Assembly: GCA_001949185.1 (NCBI GenBank)
Contig: BDGG01000009.1
Span: 248,001 to 312,000, forward strand
Reading direction: 5' to 3'
DNA length: 64,000 bases
Source: Ramazzottius varieornatus
Taxonomy: Eukaryota > Animalia > Tardigrada
Part shown: piece after piece, positions 47,801-59,569 of the stretch
How positions within the stretch are numbered: position 1 is the first letter of the stretch
Layout: each line of letters begins with the position of its first letter
Notes under the pieces: generated by a model
The model's input: the letters and a program-made list of their open reading frames with translations, nothing else
What the model was told of the DNA's origin: nothing
The model's database searches: none
Translations under genes and position numbers: made by a program

Positions 47801-48952
47801 GCTTTCGCTTTTTTCTCCGCAGCAAAAAAACAGCCTGTCGAGGCTGGGAATTTGGACTTTGGGACAGGCTGAGCCTCGCCAGCCTTATGGGTCAAATTGC
47901 CCCTGCCAGACACACTCATACGAAAAAGGCACAAATAGAGCTCGGCAAACAAATTAACAACAAGATTGTTTTTCTAAGTGACGCATGTTACTAGTCTAGA
48001 AGACTAGGAAGGTGCGCCACCTGAATAGCTGTTTGAAACCTTTCTTCTAGGAGACGTACGCTGTGGGCCGATCAAACCCAAAGCGGGCGCCACTTGCAAA
48101 AAAAGATCTTGTCGCGTTTGTTTCCCGAGGCTCTCAGATTCCAATGATCTGTGTGCCAGAAACGACACTTCAAGATTACTACACACACCCGCCCTAACCA
48201 AATAATTCCAAGTCCGGGCAAATTTCCTCCGCCCACAACCCATGGACGATCTACAGCTACGAGGGTCTACTCTGGCACCTTTATGCCCGAGGCAGTCAAA
48301 CCCATTCCTAATGCACTCACGTCTGTCGGCGCTGTGCTAGAAACTAGAAGCGTCGTAAGTGCGTTAGTGATGCGTTTGACTGCCTGGGGCATGAAGGTGC
48401 CAGAGTGGACCTCCTAGCTGTAAATCTTCCATGGGTTGTGGGCGGAGAAAATTTGCGCGGACTTGGAATTACTTACGGACACCTCTGCCCCTAATCATTG
48501 GCACGGACAAAATCATTGGTGACGGAGAGAAAGCGGCTTTTCCCTGATTGATCTATTACTGATGGAGTTTAACTGGCCCGTACCGCTTCCGCTCCGCTGC
48601 CAAGGATTTGTCCATGCCAATGGTTAGGGCAGATGCGTGTACTGTACTAACTATTATTGAAGGTTTTTGCTTTGTACATTTGTAGGTGTTGCCCATGCTG
48701 GTGGTGGTGGTAATACTCTTCGCCGTGTGCTGGCTACCCTTTCGTGGGCTCCTCGTCTACAATTCGTTCGTAGAGATACCTTGGCTGGATTTGTGGTACT
48801 TGCTTTTCGCCAAGACGTTGATTTACGTCAACTCAGCCATCAATCCTTTTTTGTACAATGCCATGAGCAGACGTTTCCGCGACGCCGTCTACCGCTTTCT
48901 TCGCTCCAAACAACGCAGCAACCCAACAACCATACATTTCACTGACTCTTAG
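44817..48952 (+). CDS. Rhodopsin-class GPCR, TRH/EFLamide receptor-like, 4 exons (44817-45050, 46485-46639, 47089-47584, 48686-48952)
   Basis: GNVVLILVV, TPTYCYLVSLAYADL, LGINAGSLSILAFTVERY, YCAPWL, WLPFR, NSAINPFLYNAMSRRFR match TRHR-type signatures. Confidence 0.88.
46124..46372 (-). mobile_element. Tyrosine-recombinase fragment (DIRS/Ngaro/Crypton type) in GPCR intron 1
   Basis: VCPVVAIRKY...PFLMFADGSTLTATRFAKELRSLL...YTSHSFRI contains the CPV and HxxR motifs. Confidence 0.75.
47712..47905. mobile_element. hAT-like MITE
   Basis: TIRs CAGGGGCGGATT / AATTGCCCCTG; degenerate 8-bp flanks GCAAGCAC / CCAGACAC. Confidence 0.55.
48203..48471. mobile_element. Long fold-back MITE (~120-bp arms, TA ends)
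   Basis: TAATTCCAAGTCCGGGCAAATTT...CCGCCCACAACCCATGG pairs with CCATGGGTTGTGGGCGG...AAATTTGCGCGGACTTGGAATTA. Confidence 0.85.
48474..48646. mobile_element. MITE with ~45-bp imperfect TIRs
   Basis: TCTGCCCCTAATCATTGGCACGGACAAA vs TTTGTCCATGCCAATGGTTAGGGCAGA...ACTGTA. Confidence 0.7.
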
Positions 48953-49361
48953 TCTGGCGTAATCCGTGTCCTTCTTTCTGATACTTCTGCACTAAAATCT
49001 TAGTAAACGACAGAAAGACCTCAATATGCGTCTTGCGGTATCACAGAACGATGCGGTACATAAATTTCACTTTAGTACGAAACAAAAGGAAAATTCCACT
49101 CCAGCGATCTTACTGTACACTGCATAAATACGGTCATCGACGTTATCATACTCATACTTCAGCGAATTTAAAAGTCGCGATAAGATACGCTTGTTGGACG
49201 ATACCAAGAAGTAGCCCGAGCTCCAACTCAACAAATGGTCAGCATAGGCCACAAGGTCTTTAAAATATGTTTCAGATTGACACTGTGAAAATTAGAGCAT
49301 AGTTGGCGTTTATATTTAACAAGACTTCTGCGTTGTTGAATACATGCTCCCAGATCGAAAC

Positions 49362-51860
49362 ATGGTTTTCAACAAGGCCTTTGTGCTCGTATCATTGGGC
49401 TGCCTGGCTATTTGTGCTTATGGATCAGTTATCCCAGGAAGATGTCCAGTGGTACCTGTTAAAACCGACTTCCAACCTGACCGGGTAAGTTTCCCATCTC
49501 ATCCATATACAGTGCGGCGAAGCAAACTTGTCCCTTCTGTTTTGTCAAACGTGTCCGAGTCCATTTTCATGACTATCTTTATAAACTAAAAAGAAAGCCC
49601 ATCTTCCAAGGTACAAAAATTTTCTGAAAACATCCTAGTTAACTGATCTGTCGTCGGCCTGGGGGCCTTTTCATGTATGCGGTTAGTGATCGGGGCAAAC
49701 CGTAGTTTTTCTCGAAGGTCTGAATTCTACTTGAATTCAGGCTGAAATATCTCGGCCTTACTGTCGTTTTTCCCACGTTAGCTTGGATTCCCCAGCTTTC
49801 TGCATCAGCCGCATGGTCCGACTGCGAAACATCAGTTTTCTAGATTCAAAAATCGTTTTGCAAAAGGATGAAAAAAGCAGTTCGTGCGCCAATTTTCGCG
49901 TTGAGCCGTTGAAGTTTTGGTTCGGAATTCTGGATATTCTTATCAGTCATGGGATACCTGGGTAGTGTCTGACAGAAGAAAGTTAGGGCTTTCTCGTCGA
50001 AATTATGACTGATTGTAGAACTTACTCCGAAAGGCGACCGAATTTGTAGAAAAAATTGGGCGAGTTTGCTTCGCCGCACTGTATCTGCTGGCCACTCGCC
50101 ATTTCATATCAGAAAGCTCTCTCTTGTAGTATTTAGGAGTATGGTACGAGATCCGGAAGTATTTTTCCATCTCAGACTACGGTCTGAACTGTTCAAAGAC
50201 CAATGTTACCAAGCTGGGAACCAATCTGTACCGTCTGGATAACAGCGCCACCGGTCTGGATAAGAACGGCAAGTGAGTACACAATTTCATGTCATCGCCG
50301 CTCGTTTTGTGTAGCACATGACTGCTCTTTCCTGTTCACTTCAATCAACTTCCGGACGTTCATACTTCTCCCGTTTTGCAGTAAGACAGCTCTGAACACA
50401 TCGGCCGCCGCCTACGCCCCCAACCCCAGCATACCGGCCAAACTGTCCGTCCTCTTCGGCAAATCGGGTAACTAAATTATAAAGAATAATGTAGTGAAGA
50501 ACCAAGCTCAAGGACTCATTCTGCAGACTACACTGTGTCTCTGTCAAGAGAGTTTGACTGTGATATTTTTATGCAGCTTATTCTCCGGCATCCGACTACT
50601 GGATCGTCGATTCGGACTACACCAACTTTACCATCGTATGTTTTATTTGCACTTTTCGGTCATGAGTTTCGAGCATTTCACGTTCGTATGCACAGATATC
50701 ATAACGGTGCAAAATTAATAGGTGTGGTCATGCCGAAACGTGGCTAGTGGTCTTCTTCACAATGGTAAGTTTCGCGAGGCACCGATCGGGACCGGTCTTT
50801 GCTGGATACCCAAAGCGCAGAGGTTTCGAGCACTCGGTCTGACGAGCCCAAATAAAATGAGCTCGAGCTCGACCTGCAGATGTCACTTCAACAGCTTCAT
50901 CAGCTTCACTGTCTCTTATAGGTATTTGGGCAGTAACCCCCTATCTGCATTCAAAAATTCGTGATTCCCTTCGTTATCAACCGATTTTGATATTTTAGAG
51001 TTTCCCAAAGAGATTAATGTTTTATTCTGAGGATCACGTGACTTTCGTACGACCTCATCAACAAATCAACTGGCAGTACTCGAGCTACGAACCGTCAAAA
51101 GTACCTTGTTTTTGGCACCATCCTCAGGCTCTCAGCCAGCAGCTAGGACAATTCGCTTATCATCATAACGTAGTGTCAGTATCGGTCTTGGTACAAGGCC
51201 TATATGTGGATTTTTCTGAGCTCTGCAGAGAAGGGTTTGCAAATATGGCAACCAGGAAGTATTTCCGGTTGTTTTCGGTTGTTAATGTTCCGCACGCCTT
51301 GTTTCTGATACGTCCGCCGCCAAGATACGCGCTAGTGGCAGCTAATTCAGTGAAATGGTCAAGCTTTCTTGTTAACGCCATTCGATCGGTCGAAACAGAA
51401 GATATCGAAAGTTAAACGTAGAATCGTGCGTTTTTCACGGCGAGAAACTCAGATCGACATATTGGCAAAACTTTCATTAATCTCTCTGGGAAACGTTAAA
51501 ATTGGTTGATAACGAAGGAAAACACGAATTTTTGAATGAATGTTGGGGGTGCCCAGATACTTATGAGAGACAGTGTGTCAATGATACTGGAGCTTAATTT
51601 GGCTTAATATCGAATGATACTATCAAAGATCAATGATACTGTCAGTGATACTGATACTACCAATGATACTGGAGTTTCAGGCCAAATTCACTGTGTTGAT
51701 GACTGTGTTGCCTACGTTTGCAGCTCATGCGTGGGTAATTAGTCGCAACATCACGGGATTTTCACCGGAAGTGGAAGCTAAGATTGACGCATCTCTGAGC
51801 AAAAGCAATATTGATTCCACTCTGTTTCGACAAACTGTCCAAACCGGATGTGTCAACTGA
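49362..51860 (+). CDS. Apolipoprotein D-like lipocalin, 6 exons
   Basis: Signal peptide, GRCPVVPVKTDFQPDR|YLGVWYEI (SCR1), YWIVDSDYTN (SCR2), AWVISR (SCR3), terminal QTGC. Confidence 0.9.
49510..50081. mobile_element. Non-autonomous Tc1/mariner-type element in ApoD intron 1
   Basis: Perfect 19-bp TIR CAGTGCGGCGAAGCAAACT / AGTTTGCTTCGCCGCACTG with TA on both sides. Confidence 0.88.
50907..51575. mobile_element. Non-autonomous Tc1/mariner-type element with ~110-bp TIRs in the last ApoD intron
   Basis: CACTGTCTCTTATAGGTATTTGGGCA...ATTCAAAAATTCGTG...CTTCGTTATCAACC is mirrored at 51475-51575. Confidence 0.8.
51579..51675. repeat. Degenerate tandem repeat of (CAA)TGATACT
   Basis: About six TGATACT units. 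Confidence 0.7.
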
Positions 51861-52890
51861 AAGCCCGGTTAATCCCACGTAATCCTGGGAGAACATCATG
51901 ACATTGTTCACTTGCAATTGGGCAGAGTGCGCTGTTGATCTATCAAATACTCTTCGTATTCGCTCGAGCTTTTACAGACCAATCAATGTCAGTGAACAAG
52001 TTCACTTTTATTATCACTAGAATATCGATATTGAAGAAAAACTCGATTTGATTGGTTCTCATTTCTAAGTTTCAAAAGATGTACGTAAACAAATAAAAAG
52101 CAGCCCGGCACAAGCTACACTTCTTGAATTCGATTTTGACTTCCGGCAAACGCAGTATGAACATGTTACAAGAAATCCCGGAACAGCTGCACTTCTTATG
52201 TCGGTATACAAGAGTTGGCAAACAAGCTCTACGATTTCGTTTTCACAAGTGGCGCAAGTCTTTGGTGGTATTGGCTGGAAGTGTGCGCCACTTGAAAGAG
52301 CGTTCTGGCCGAATTTGTCTGCCAAGCTTCAATATGTATATTGTAGAGTGTGCTGATGCAAGCGGAAATGAACAGAGAGCCCGCTGGTCTTTCGGCACCT
52401 CAGTTCTCTGTGGCTTTCAGTGCGCTGTTTCGTCCGGAAGGAATCTTGCCTGTGACAGAGAGAAGCACGGTATAGCCGGCTTTGACGGAGAAATCAAGCT
52501 AGAAAACGGTATTTTAACGCAAGGAGGAAATGACTCCCTTGAGGTTGCCCAGAGTCTATTCAGCGCACGTCTCGTTTCAATTAGCTTTTGACAACCAACA
52601 GTAGCACGTCCACGGTAATGTACCAGGAAGACAGGATATAGCCTTTTTTCATCGAGATCTGTGCGCTGAGTCCTTCAATGGAGGCGAACAACCAGCACAA
52701 CCTCCGCGATGCCCACACTTCACTTCGTTAGATTGCCACAGATCCCCCGCATCATTGTCGAATTTAAAGCTACGGCGCTGTGTTGTGGAGAAATCATAGC
52801 TTCGATCGAGCCTCCAATATCAGGCCAAGATTTTAGCACTGTTCTCACTTCTGAGTATTTTTGATTTTTTTCGAAAAAAGCTAGGGCGGA

Positions 52891-55828
52891 ATGTACGGAT
52901 TTCTCCTTCAGTCGGTTTCGTCCTACCTACAACAGAGACTGGGTGAAAGCTACCAGCTGGCTTTGGAGGAAGCGGGTATCAGTGAAGAGGTCTTCAACAC
53001 TCACGACAACTATCCCGACGCTTACGTACCGGCGCTGGCGCGAGCTGCATCCCACGTGGCAAAAGACGGCACCACACCCGAAGATTTTCTGGAAATGTTT
53101 GGCCGCATGTTCGTTCAGGTAAGTCACTAGGTTGACATACTTTTAAAAGTCATACCTTTAAAATGAAGTGCTGTTGATAGTATTGTCACGTTTACGGGCA
53201 CGATAAGGTACGTGGACGGTATTGCATCTTGGAGTGCATTCACAATGTGCTTCACGAAATGAGACGGTTAGGTCGCAGATAGGTACAGATGAGTCTATGC
53301 CATCATCTTTCTTGTAAGGAATACTATTACACAGATTCTGCGGGTTGCCGGAAGATATTTACGCGACCTGCTGCGCAACCTGAACCACTTGCATCACAGT
53401 ATGCGTTACAGTTATCCACGAATGATCCATCCCTCCTTCATTGTCATGGAAGAGGATGTCAGTGGCATCATTCTTAAGTACGAATCGGTCCGCCTCGGCT
53501 TTGGACCTTACGTCATTGGCCAGGTACGTGCATTGCGATGGGTCTTTCCATCATCTTTTCAAATGATCAAAGCCGCCTCCACAGATAATGGTCGATGTTT
53601 CGGCTATCGTATTTTGATAATAGATCAAAGAACTGGCCTCGAGGTTCTTTAATATCAAGACTATGACCATCACCACCCTCAGCTACGCTGACTCGGATGA
53701 TCGTGGTACCCATGTGGTGACGTTTGAGCTGAAGTTTCGTAATCTGGGATATCGGGATAGCATCTCCGGTTTCCGCTCACACTTTATCCATCCCTTCCCC
53801 AAGATGCAGGCCCATACCTTCTTCAGCATCCTACCCTACAGCTTCGGTACACTGAAGTCTTCTCGGTGAAATGTGCACACATATCGAACATACAGTTGTG
53901 TTTTCAAGTATTTGATGACGCCCTGGTGGTTCGCCACTGTGGCCCGAAATTTTCCCGCCTTTTCCAACAGCCGATCAAGGGTCGACCACTGAGCCAATCT
54001 TTTCAACCCAAGTTCCCTCACTTTGACATGTCTTTTCCCACGGTACGCCCATCATCAATTTGACCGTGCCTTTGGCTGGGATAGACGGCCAAAGTGATGC
54101 TGTGGTTTTCCAACAGGCGCTTCGGATGCAAGATGTGGTCATTGAAATGGAGTCAGTGCCCTTCCTTCTCATATACAACCCACGAACCCACGCGCGGGTT
54201 CTGTCCAACAAGCGCCTTCTGCTGAAAGGCGAACTGCGACAGTTGTCTGCCACCTTGATTATCTACATTAGCTCAACACCAACGTCAGTACTCGTGGTCT
54301 TTGAGGGCAGCGGACAAATCTGAAGGATGTGAATTTCAAGATTATTGGCTGATTGTTTTGTTGTGTGTAGGTTGAGCGATCTCCACGAAGTTGAAGACAT
54401 TGGCTTTTACCTCAGCGATTTACCACTGCACAGCGGAAGCGCTGACCTGGCTTCGAACGGCTGGCATTCGTACAACGAAATCTTCCAGCATTTTCAGCAA
54501 GAAGCCGAAAAGAGCAAACAACTGGAAGAGCTTCATCAACAACAGAACGAATGGCGCCAGCGCGGTGACACTCTCCTTGGCTCCATGATCCCAAGGTTAG
54601 CTAGAAGAATGAGCACATCATTCCTGGTTCAACTGACACTTCGTTAGCTCAAGCATATCAAAATGCTGAACATTCCTCTTGTAGATACCTGTTGGATAAG
54701 CTGAAGAACGGAAACGATGAAACCACTTCTACCACCCTGCTACAATATTGCGAGGTAGGCAATATGGTCAAACGGGACCCGGGCGAAGAAGTTCGACCAG
54801 ATCGTTTTCCCAAGTGGCGCGCCTCTTCGGTATTATTGCGGGAAACAATGGGCCACTCAAAAAAATTATTCGTTTGCTGCAATGGCGCACCCTTCCAGCC
54901 AGCAATAATAGAGAGGTGCGCTCTTGTGCCGAGCTAGGAAACGCGCTCGCTTGTTAAATGTTAACCATACCCTTCTGCAGTTAGTGAATAAGATTACTTG
55001 TATGATACATCGATGCTTCTGTTTTAGCCATATGACGAAGTGACCTTGATGTTTGTCCGTCTGTATGATTTCACGAAAGTTTGGTAAGAAGTTGCCGAGT
55101 TCACTTTGGAAACTGGTCGCCTCAGTCCAGAATAATTGCGGTGTTAATATGGCCTTTTGTAGTGCGTCGTTGTCGGCAACGGAGACGTTGAGAGCCGTGA
55201 GTGTATGCTGGTCGACCATCGACTCGTTGACAGACTACTACGATGTCCTCAAAGTGGAGAACCGGGCAGAAGAGTACATGGTGGCCAGTGGCATTCCCAA
55301 GCTCAATGGTCATCAGCACGCTGCCGAGATCTCCGGCTTGGCATTACGTATCATGCGCACCATATCTGCTCTCGATGTGCCGCAGATTCCCAGCACCGGC
55401 AAACTGACCATCCGCATCGGGATAAGCACCGGGCCTGTGGTCGGTGGCATCGTCGGTCTCCATCTTCCCCGCTTTTGCATCTTTGGCGATACCGTCAACA
55501 CGGCTTCACGGATGGAATCGACAGGCTTGCGTAATATCGTGACTTTCTTCGGTTAAAGCTATACGAGAAGTTTATCAATTTTACTTATGCTTCTCCAACT
55601 TCAGCTTTCCGAATTCAATGCGCGCCAAAAACGCACGACTTGCTGAAGGAGCTTGGAGGTTTCCAGCTCACCGAACGAGGCTTGATGCCGGTCAAGGTAC
55701 CTTATTGTACCAAAAAACTGTCAGACCTATATCCACACCTTGATGAACTTGTACAGGGAAAAGGCGAAATGATGGTGTATTGGTTGACTGGACAAGACGA
55801 CGGCAAGAACACAAGCATGAATTCCTGA
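52891..55828 (+). CDS. Atypical soluble guanylyl cyclase subunit (H-NOX, PAS/coiled-coil, cyclase), many small exons
   Basis: MYG start, LNHLH heme ligand region, YESVR (YxSxR), LKGEL, YLSDLPLH, LLGSMIP, GPVVGGIVG, PRFCIFGDTVNTASRMES, VKGKGEM. Confidence 0.92.
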
Positions 55829-55949
55829 TTAACAACAACCTAGTTTCTTCTTGTTCTTCTCTGTACTCGTATGTCTATTCAATTATCGAATCACCACAGA
55901 TGATGTCACATCAAAACAGCGGTATCACAGAATCAGTCAGAAGTAAAAA

Positions 55950-57314
55950 TCATCTGAAGCGAGGCAACGGAACGATAGCAGCCGGCTTTTTATGGGCGGA
56001 AACAATACGCGAGGTCATCAATCTACTTGTTTTCAGCGCCAGCGTGTTCGCTGTCGAATGTGAGGCTTCCTCCTTTTTACCCGGCGTTTCACGGCCAGAC
56101 TTGATCACAGTAACATCGCCACCGCCACCGCCACGGGTACGTGTTTGGTCACACTTGACGCCCAGAAGGGAGCTTCTCATCCGCCGACACTGCCTGCCAC
56201 CACTATCGCCCGTCCCCGCCGTCTTGGTCGAAGCCGACGACAAGGATGACCTGGCAGTAACCGTTTCTTCCTTCTCAGCCATAGCGTGATTCATCCCATA
56301 GTCGTAGGACATCAAATCAGCTTCCGCTGACAAACCAGTGTTACCAAAGGAAGAATGCGAAGTCATCGAGATGGAAGGTAGAGAGTATTCATCCCAGCTG
56401 TGACTTGAGCTAGATTTCTTCCGCTCTTGTAGGACGTTGCTCAGTTGTCGCGACTGCTTTTCCAAGAGCTGAATGCGCAGCTTATTGGCCATAATCTGCA
56501 TGCGCATATCCAAGATGGCGTCGCCCGATGGGCGAGTGGAGCAGGGTCCATACGGGTCGGGGTATGTCAGCAGCAGCAGCTCGTTCTTCTTCAGACTGTC
56601 TATTTCCTCCTCCAGTTCCTTGATTTTACTCCGTACACTACCGCTCTCTTCCTCGCCGTACGGTAGAGTGATGGTCGAGGTGGAACTGCGACGGGAGATT
56701 GTGCGTGTTCTGGACCGAAGGCTGTTTTGCATAGGGTGGAACTTGCGGCTTGACAAGCGGCTGGACGTACTACGTGGAGGCGGGCTGGTTGACTCTGACC
56801 TTTTTCCCTGTTGGTAGGGATGACCATCATCATCAGGGTTTGAAAGTCGGGATGTTGGTCTTGATTGCGAGATGACAGGGATGTTATCGTTGACGTGGGC
56901 GTCGACAGGCCGGAAAGCGGTGCGTGGTCTGAGGCCGGTCAACGGTCGTTCTTGTGCAGTTCGGACAATGTCGAGAGCTTGGAGAACAAGCTGACTGATG
57001 GGAGGGGGCGTTTCACCGTCGGCTGTGTCGGCAAAGGGGGAAGATGAGGTGGAGGCAATGAGAGCCCGCAAGACGGAAGAGAGACGCGTCAGAAGCAGGC
57101 GTAAAAGTTTGGCTTCGATGGTTTGAAGGGCGGACTGGGACAAGCAAGCGGTGCTACAGGTTAACAGGTTGTCGATTTGTGGAGAGTCGACGCTGTGATG
57201 GGATAAAATATGGCGGCTGAGGGTAGTACAGTTACCGCAAAGGAAGTCATCGACGTAAGAGTGGATATCGGTCAGCTGGAGGCGCAGCTCTTTGACCGAC
57301 AGATCTTCCGGCAT
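55950..57314 (-). CDS. CCDC157-like coiled-coil protein, single exon
   Basis: 457-codon ORF. N-terminal ELRLQLTDI...LLRLLL and LLLLTYPD...SGDAILDMRMQIMANKLRIQLLEKQSRQL resemble conserved CCDC157 blocks as recalled. Confidence 0.6.
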   Translation of the reverse strand: MPEDLSVKELRLQLTDIHSYVDDFLCGNCTTLSRHILSHHSVDSPQIDNLLTCSTACLSQSALQTIEAKLLRLLLTRLSSVLRALIASTSSSPFADTADGETPPPISQLVLQALDIVRTAQERPLTGLRPRTAFRPVDAHVNDNIPVISQSRPTSRLSNPDDDGHPYQQGKRSESTSPPPRSTSSRLSSRKFHPMQNSLRSRTRTISRRSSTSTITLPYGEEESGSVRSKIKELEEEIDSLKKNELLLLTYPDPYGPCSTRPSGDAILDMRMQIMANKLRIQLLEKQSRQLSNVLQERKKSSSSHSWDEYSLPSISMTSHSSFGNTGLSAEADLMSYDYGMNHAMAEKEETVTARSSLSSASTKTAGTGDSGGRQCRRMRSSLLGVKCDQTRTRGGGGGDVTVIKSGRETPGKKEEASHSTANTLALKTSRLMTSRIVSAHKKPAAIVPLPRFR

Positions 57315-57488
57315 GTTTGCCACTCCGTCCTAAGTCCACTCAGCGCACCATCGATTCGTCATGTGCATGAAAGATAGTCGTGCCATAATTTGAACCGAAG
57401 ATCGGAGTCGTCAGTATTGATGACTGTTCGAAATTTATCGCTAAAGGTAGCTTGGTGACCGGCAAGGGCAGAGAGATTAGAGGAGGTA

Positions 57489-57657
57489 CAGTGTACGACA
57501 AAATAAACCGTTGGAAATGAGTGTTGGATGGAGCCAGATGGCTCAAGCCAATGAAATTTGCGCATACAGCAAAACCTAATTCTCATTGGCTGAGGGGTAA
57601 GCAAGCTCCAGCTGGAGTGCTACGCCCATTTTTAACGGTTAATTTTGTCGTACACTG
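57489..57657. mobile_element. Tc1/mariner-type MITE
   Basis: TA-CAGTGTACGACAAAATAAACCGTT ... AACGGTTAATTTTGTCGTACACTG-TA. Confidence 0.85.
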
Positions 57658-57659
57658 TA

Positions 57660-57974
57660 GAGTAGAGCACTGGGCCGCAGGTCCAAAAGTACGCTGTAAC
57701 TGTGCTGCGCACATTACCAGGGCGCTGTACGCTGCGCTGTGCTGCACAACTTTCATGCCCAGTGCTTAAGCAGCTGTGCTGCAGATGCACGTTGACCTGG
57801 TGCAACTGCGCGGAACGCCGATGAATTGACGTGGTTTGTAATTCAGTCAGCGAAATGGAGAACCTGGAGAACGTTGCCCTAAAGTACGGCAAAGCTGAGA
57901 CGCTGCAGCTGTGCTGCAGCACAGCACAGCTGCATTGCAGTGCAGCGCATGCGACCAGATTCCGTGCTCTACTG
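57660..57974. mobile_element. MITE with internal GCTGTGCTGCA repeats, sharing a TA with the previous element
   Basis: AGTAGAGCAC ... GTGCTCTACTG-TA termini. Confidence 0.6.
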
Positions 57975-58123
57975 TAGAGGAACCGCTGTATTTACCGTAG
58001 AGGCCCAAAACATGGAAGCGGTAGACGCACTCACCACGACGGCGAACAACACCATTGGTCCGATACGCACAGAGGCCATGCTCCGGCAGAGTCGGTCACA
58101 TTACGGTTACTCGACTGTTGAAT

Positions 58124-58537
58124 TAGTGCCAATCCTTTTACCACGCGCCCCCACGCAGCGCACCCACCGCCGGTTGTCGGAGGCGGTGCCAGACTGAGCG
58201 CAGAAATGCACGATGGGCCTTCGCGCATGACACGCACATGCATGCCATGCACTGGCTGAAATCAAACTCAGCTAAGTATGTGGCAGAGCGTACGAGTCGG
58301 TCAAGTTAAATTTCGTCCGCCTGTGGTCACGGAACGCATGAACAGTGACGTAAGGTGAGCGAAATTTAGTATGCCTAGTTTGGACCAGCTCCCTCGTTTC
58401 TTTTGTGAGAGACGGCTCGATACGGGTTCGACAGTGCGGTCACATGTGATGCGGTTACGCCTGAGACGTGTGCTGCGTCAGTTGTTCTGGCCTATCTGGC
58501 TTGCGCGTAATATCGGGTGGTAAAAGGATTGGCACTA
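58124..58537. mobile_element. hAT-type MITE
   Basis: Perfect 21-bp TIR TAGTGCCAATCCTTTTACCAC / GTGGTAAAAGGATTGGCACTA; 8-bp TSD TGTTGAAT / TGTTAAAT. Confidence 0.88.
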
Positions 58538-59569
58538 TGTTAAATTGATAAGATTCCTAGGTTATACAGCGTCGAAGCACGATGGTATGGAACCGTGCAA
58601 ACTCAACAGCACACTGCAAGGCTAACGTCCACGAGTAATTCGAGCGTTCACAGGTGGCCAGGAGAAAGCAGCAGGTGGAAGGAAGCTAAGAAGCCTCGTC
58701 GAGCACGGGATGTCAAGCTGCTTACGCAATAACCTGGTGAATTCGTTCAGAAGTGCTTTATGTGTCACGTGTCTTGCTCACCCGTGAGCGAAGCTTGTTT
58801 GTCCACGTGGTTCGATACTTACTTACGGTAGCAGCTCCGCAGTGAGCCGTATTTAGGTGCTTGCCGGACCTACGCCACAAACGCAGGCGCTTCATGTGCC
58901 TGCACGCATAGTTAATGGGCAATCTATCAGGTAAGGCCGAACTGTCGGTTTGTCCAAGCAGCTAAAGGTCATCCGAGGTCATCGATTTGACCTCGACCTT
59001 TAATGGTCGCTAGTCCGGCAATGACTTTATCATTGGAAGACTGGCGTGACGTGCGTACGCGTTCCTCTACCCCCTCTAGTCTCTCTGGCAAGGGCATCAG
59101 AAGAAAAAACAGTTTATCAAGGCGGGTCGATCGACAAACATTTCAAACGTGGAAGAAAACACTAAATACTTTCAGAAAGCAAGCCTCGAACTCGAACACC
59201 CGGAAGTGTAATAAGACTTGCTGTCAAGCACCGACTAAATTATTCAGTATCAATATCGTTGCTCGTCAAATGTGTGACATAGTTTGTTCGACTCACAAGG
59301 CAAATCCCGCTGTTGGCGTAGTTGAAAGATAGAGGAGTTTTGTTATTGTCTGAAGACTTTCTTAAGATTGGTAAAATCACAATGAGAAGGAGAAGATCAG
59401 ATACGAGTCCGCAGTGCGTCGACAAGCTTTCTTTGGTTCAGTACAGTACAGCAGCAACGACTATAGCGCGTTATGGCGTTGATTCTGCGTCGGCTTCTCT
59501 GGCTTTCACCAGAGCTTTTACTGCACATCACATTTAATTTAACGTCACCGATCGATGGTTCAGGACTTT

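Noticed and set aside
50835-50875. CTGACGA as a hammerhead ribozyme core
   Set aside because: No GAAA after stem II and no consistent stems I and III.
52124-52591. 155-aa ORF upstream of the sGC gene
   Set aside because: Reads through a family 1 copy (VRHL/KWR pseudo-motifs seen in many spurious ORFs); not a gene.
58815-58900. ATACTTAC as a U1 snRNA 5' end
   Set aside because: Continues TTACGG rather than CTGG; no U1 loop motifs or Sm site.
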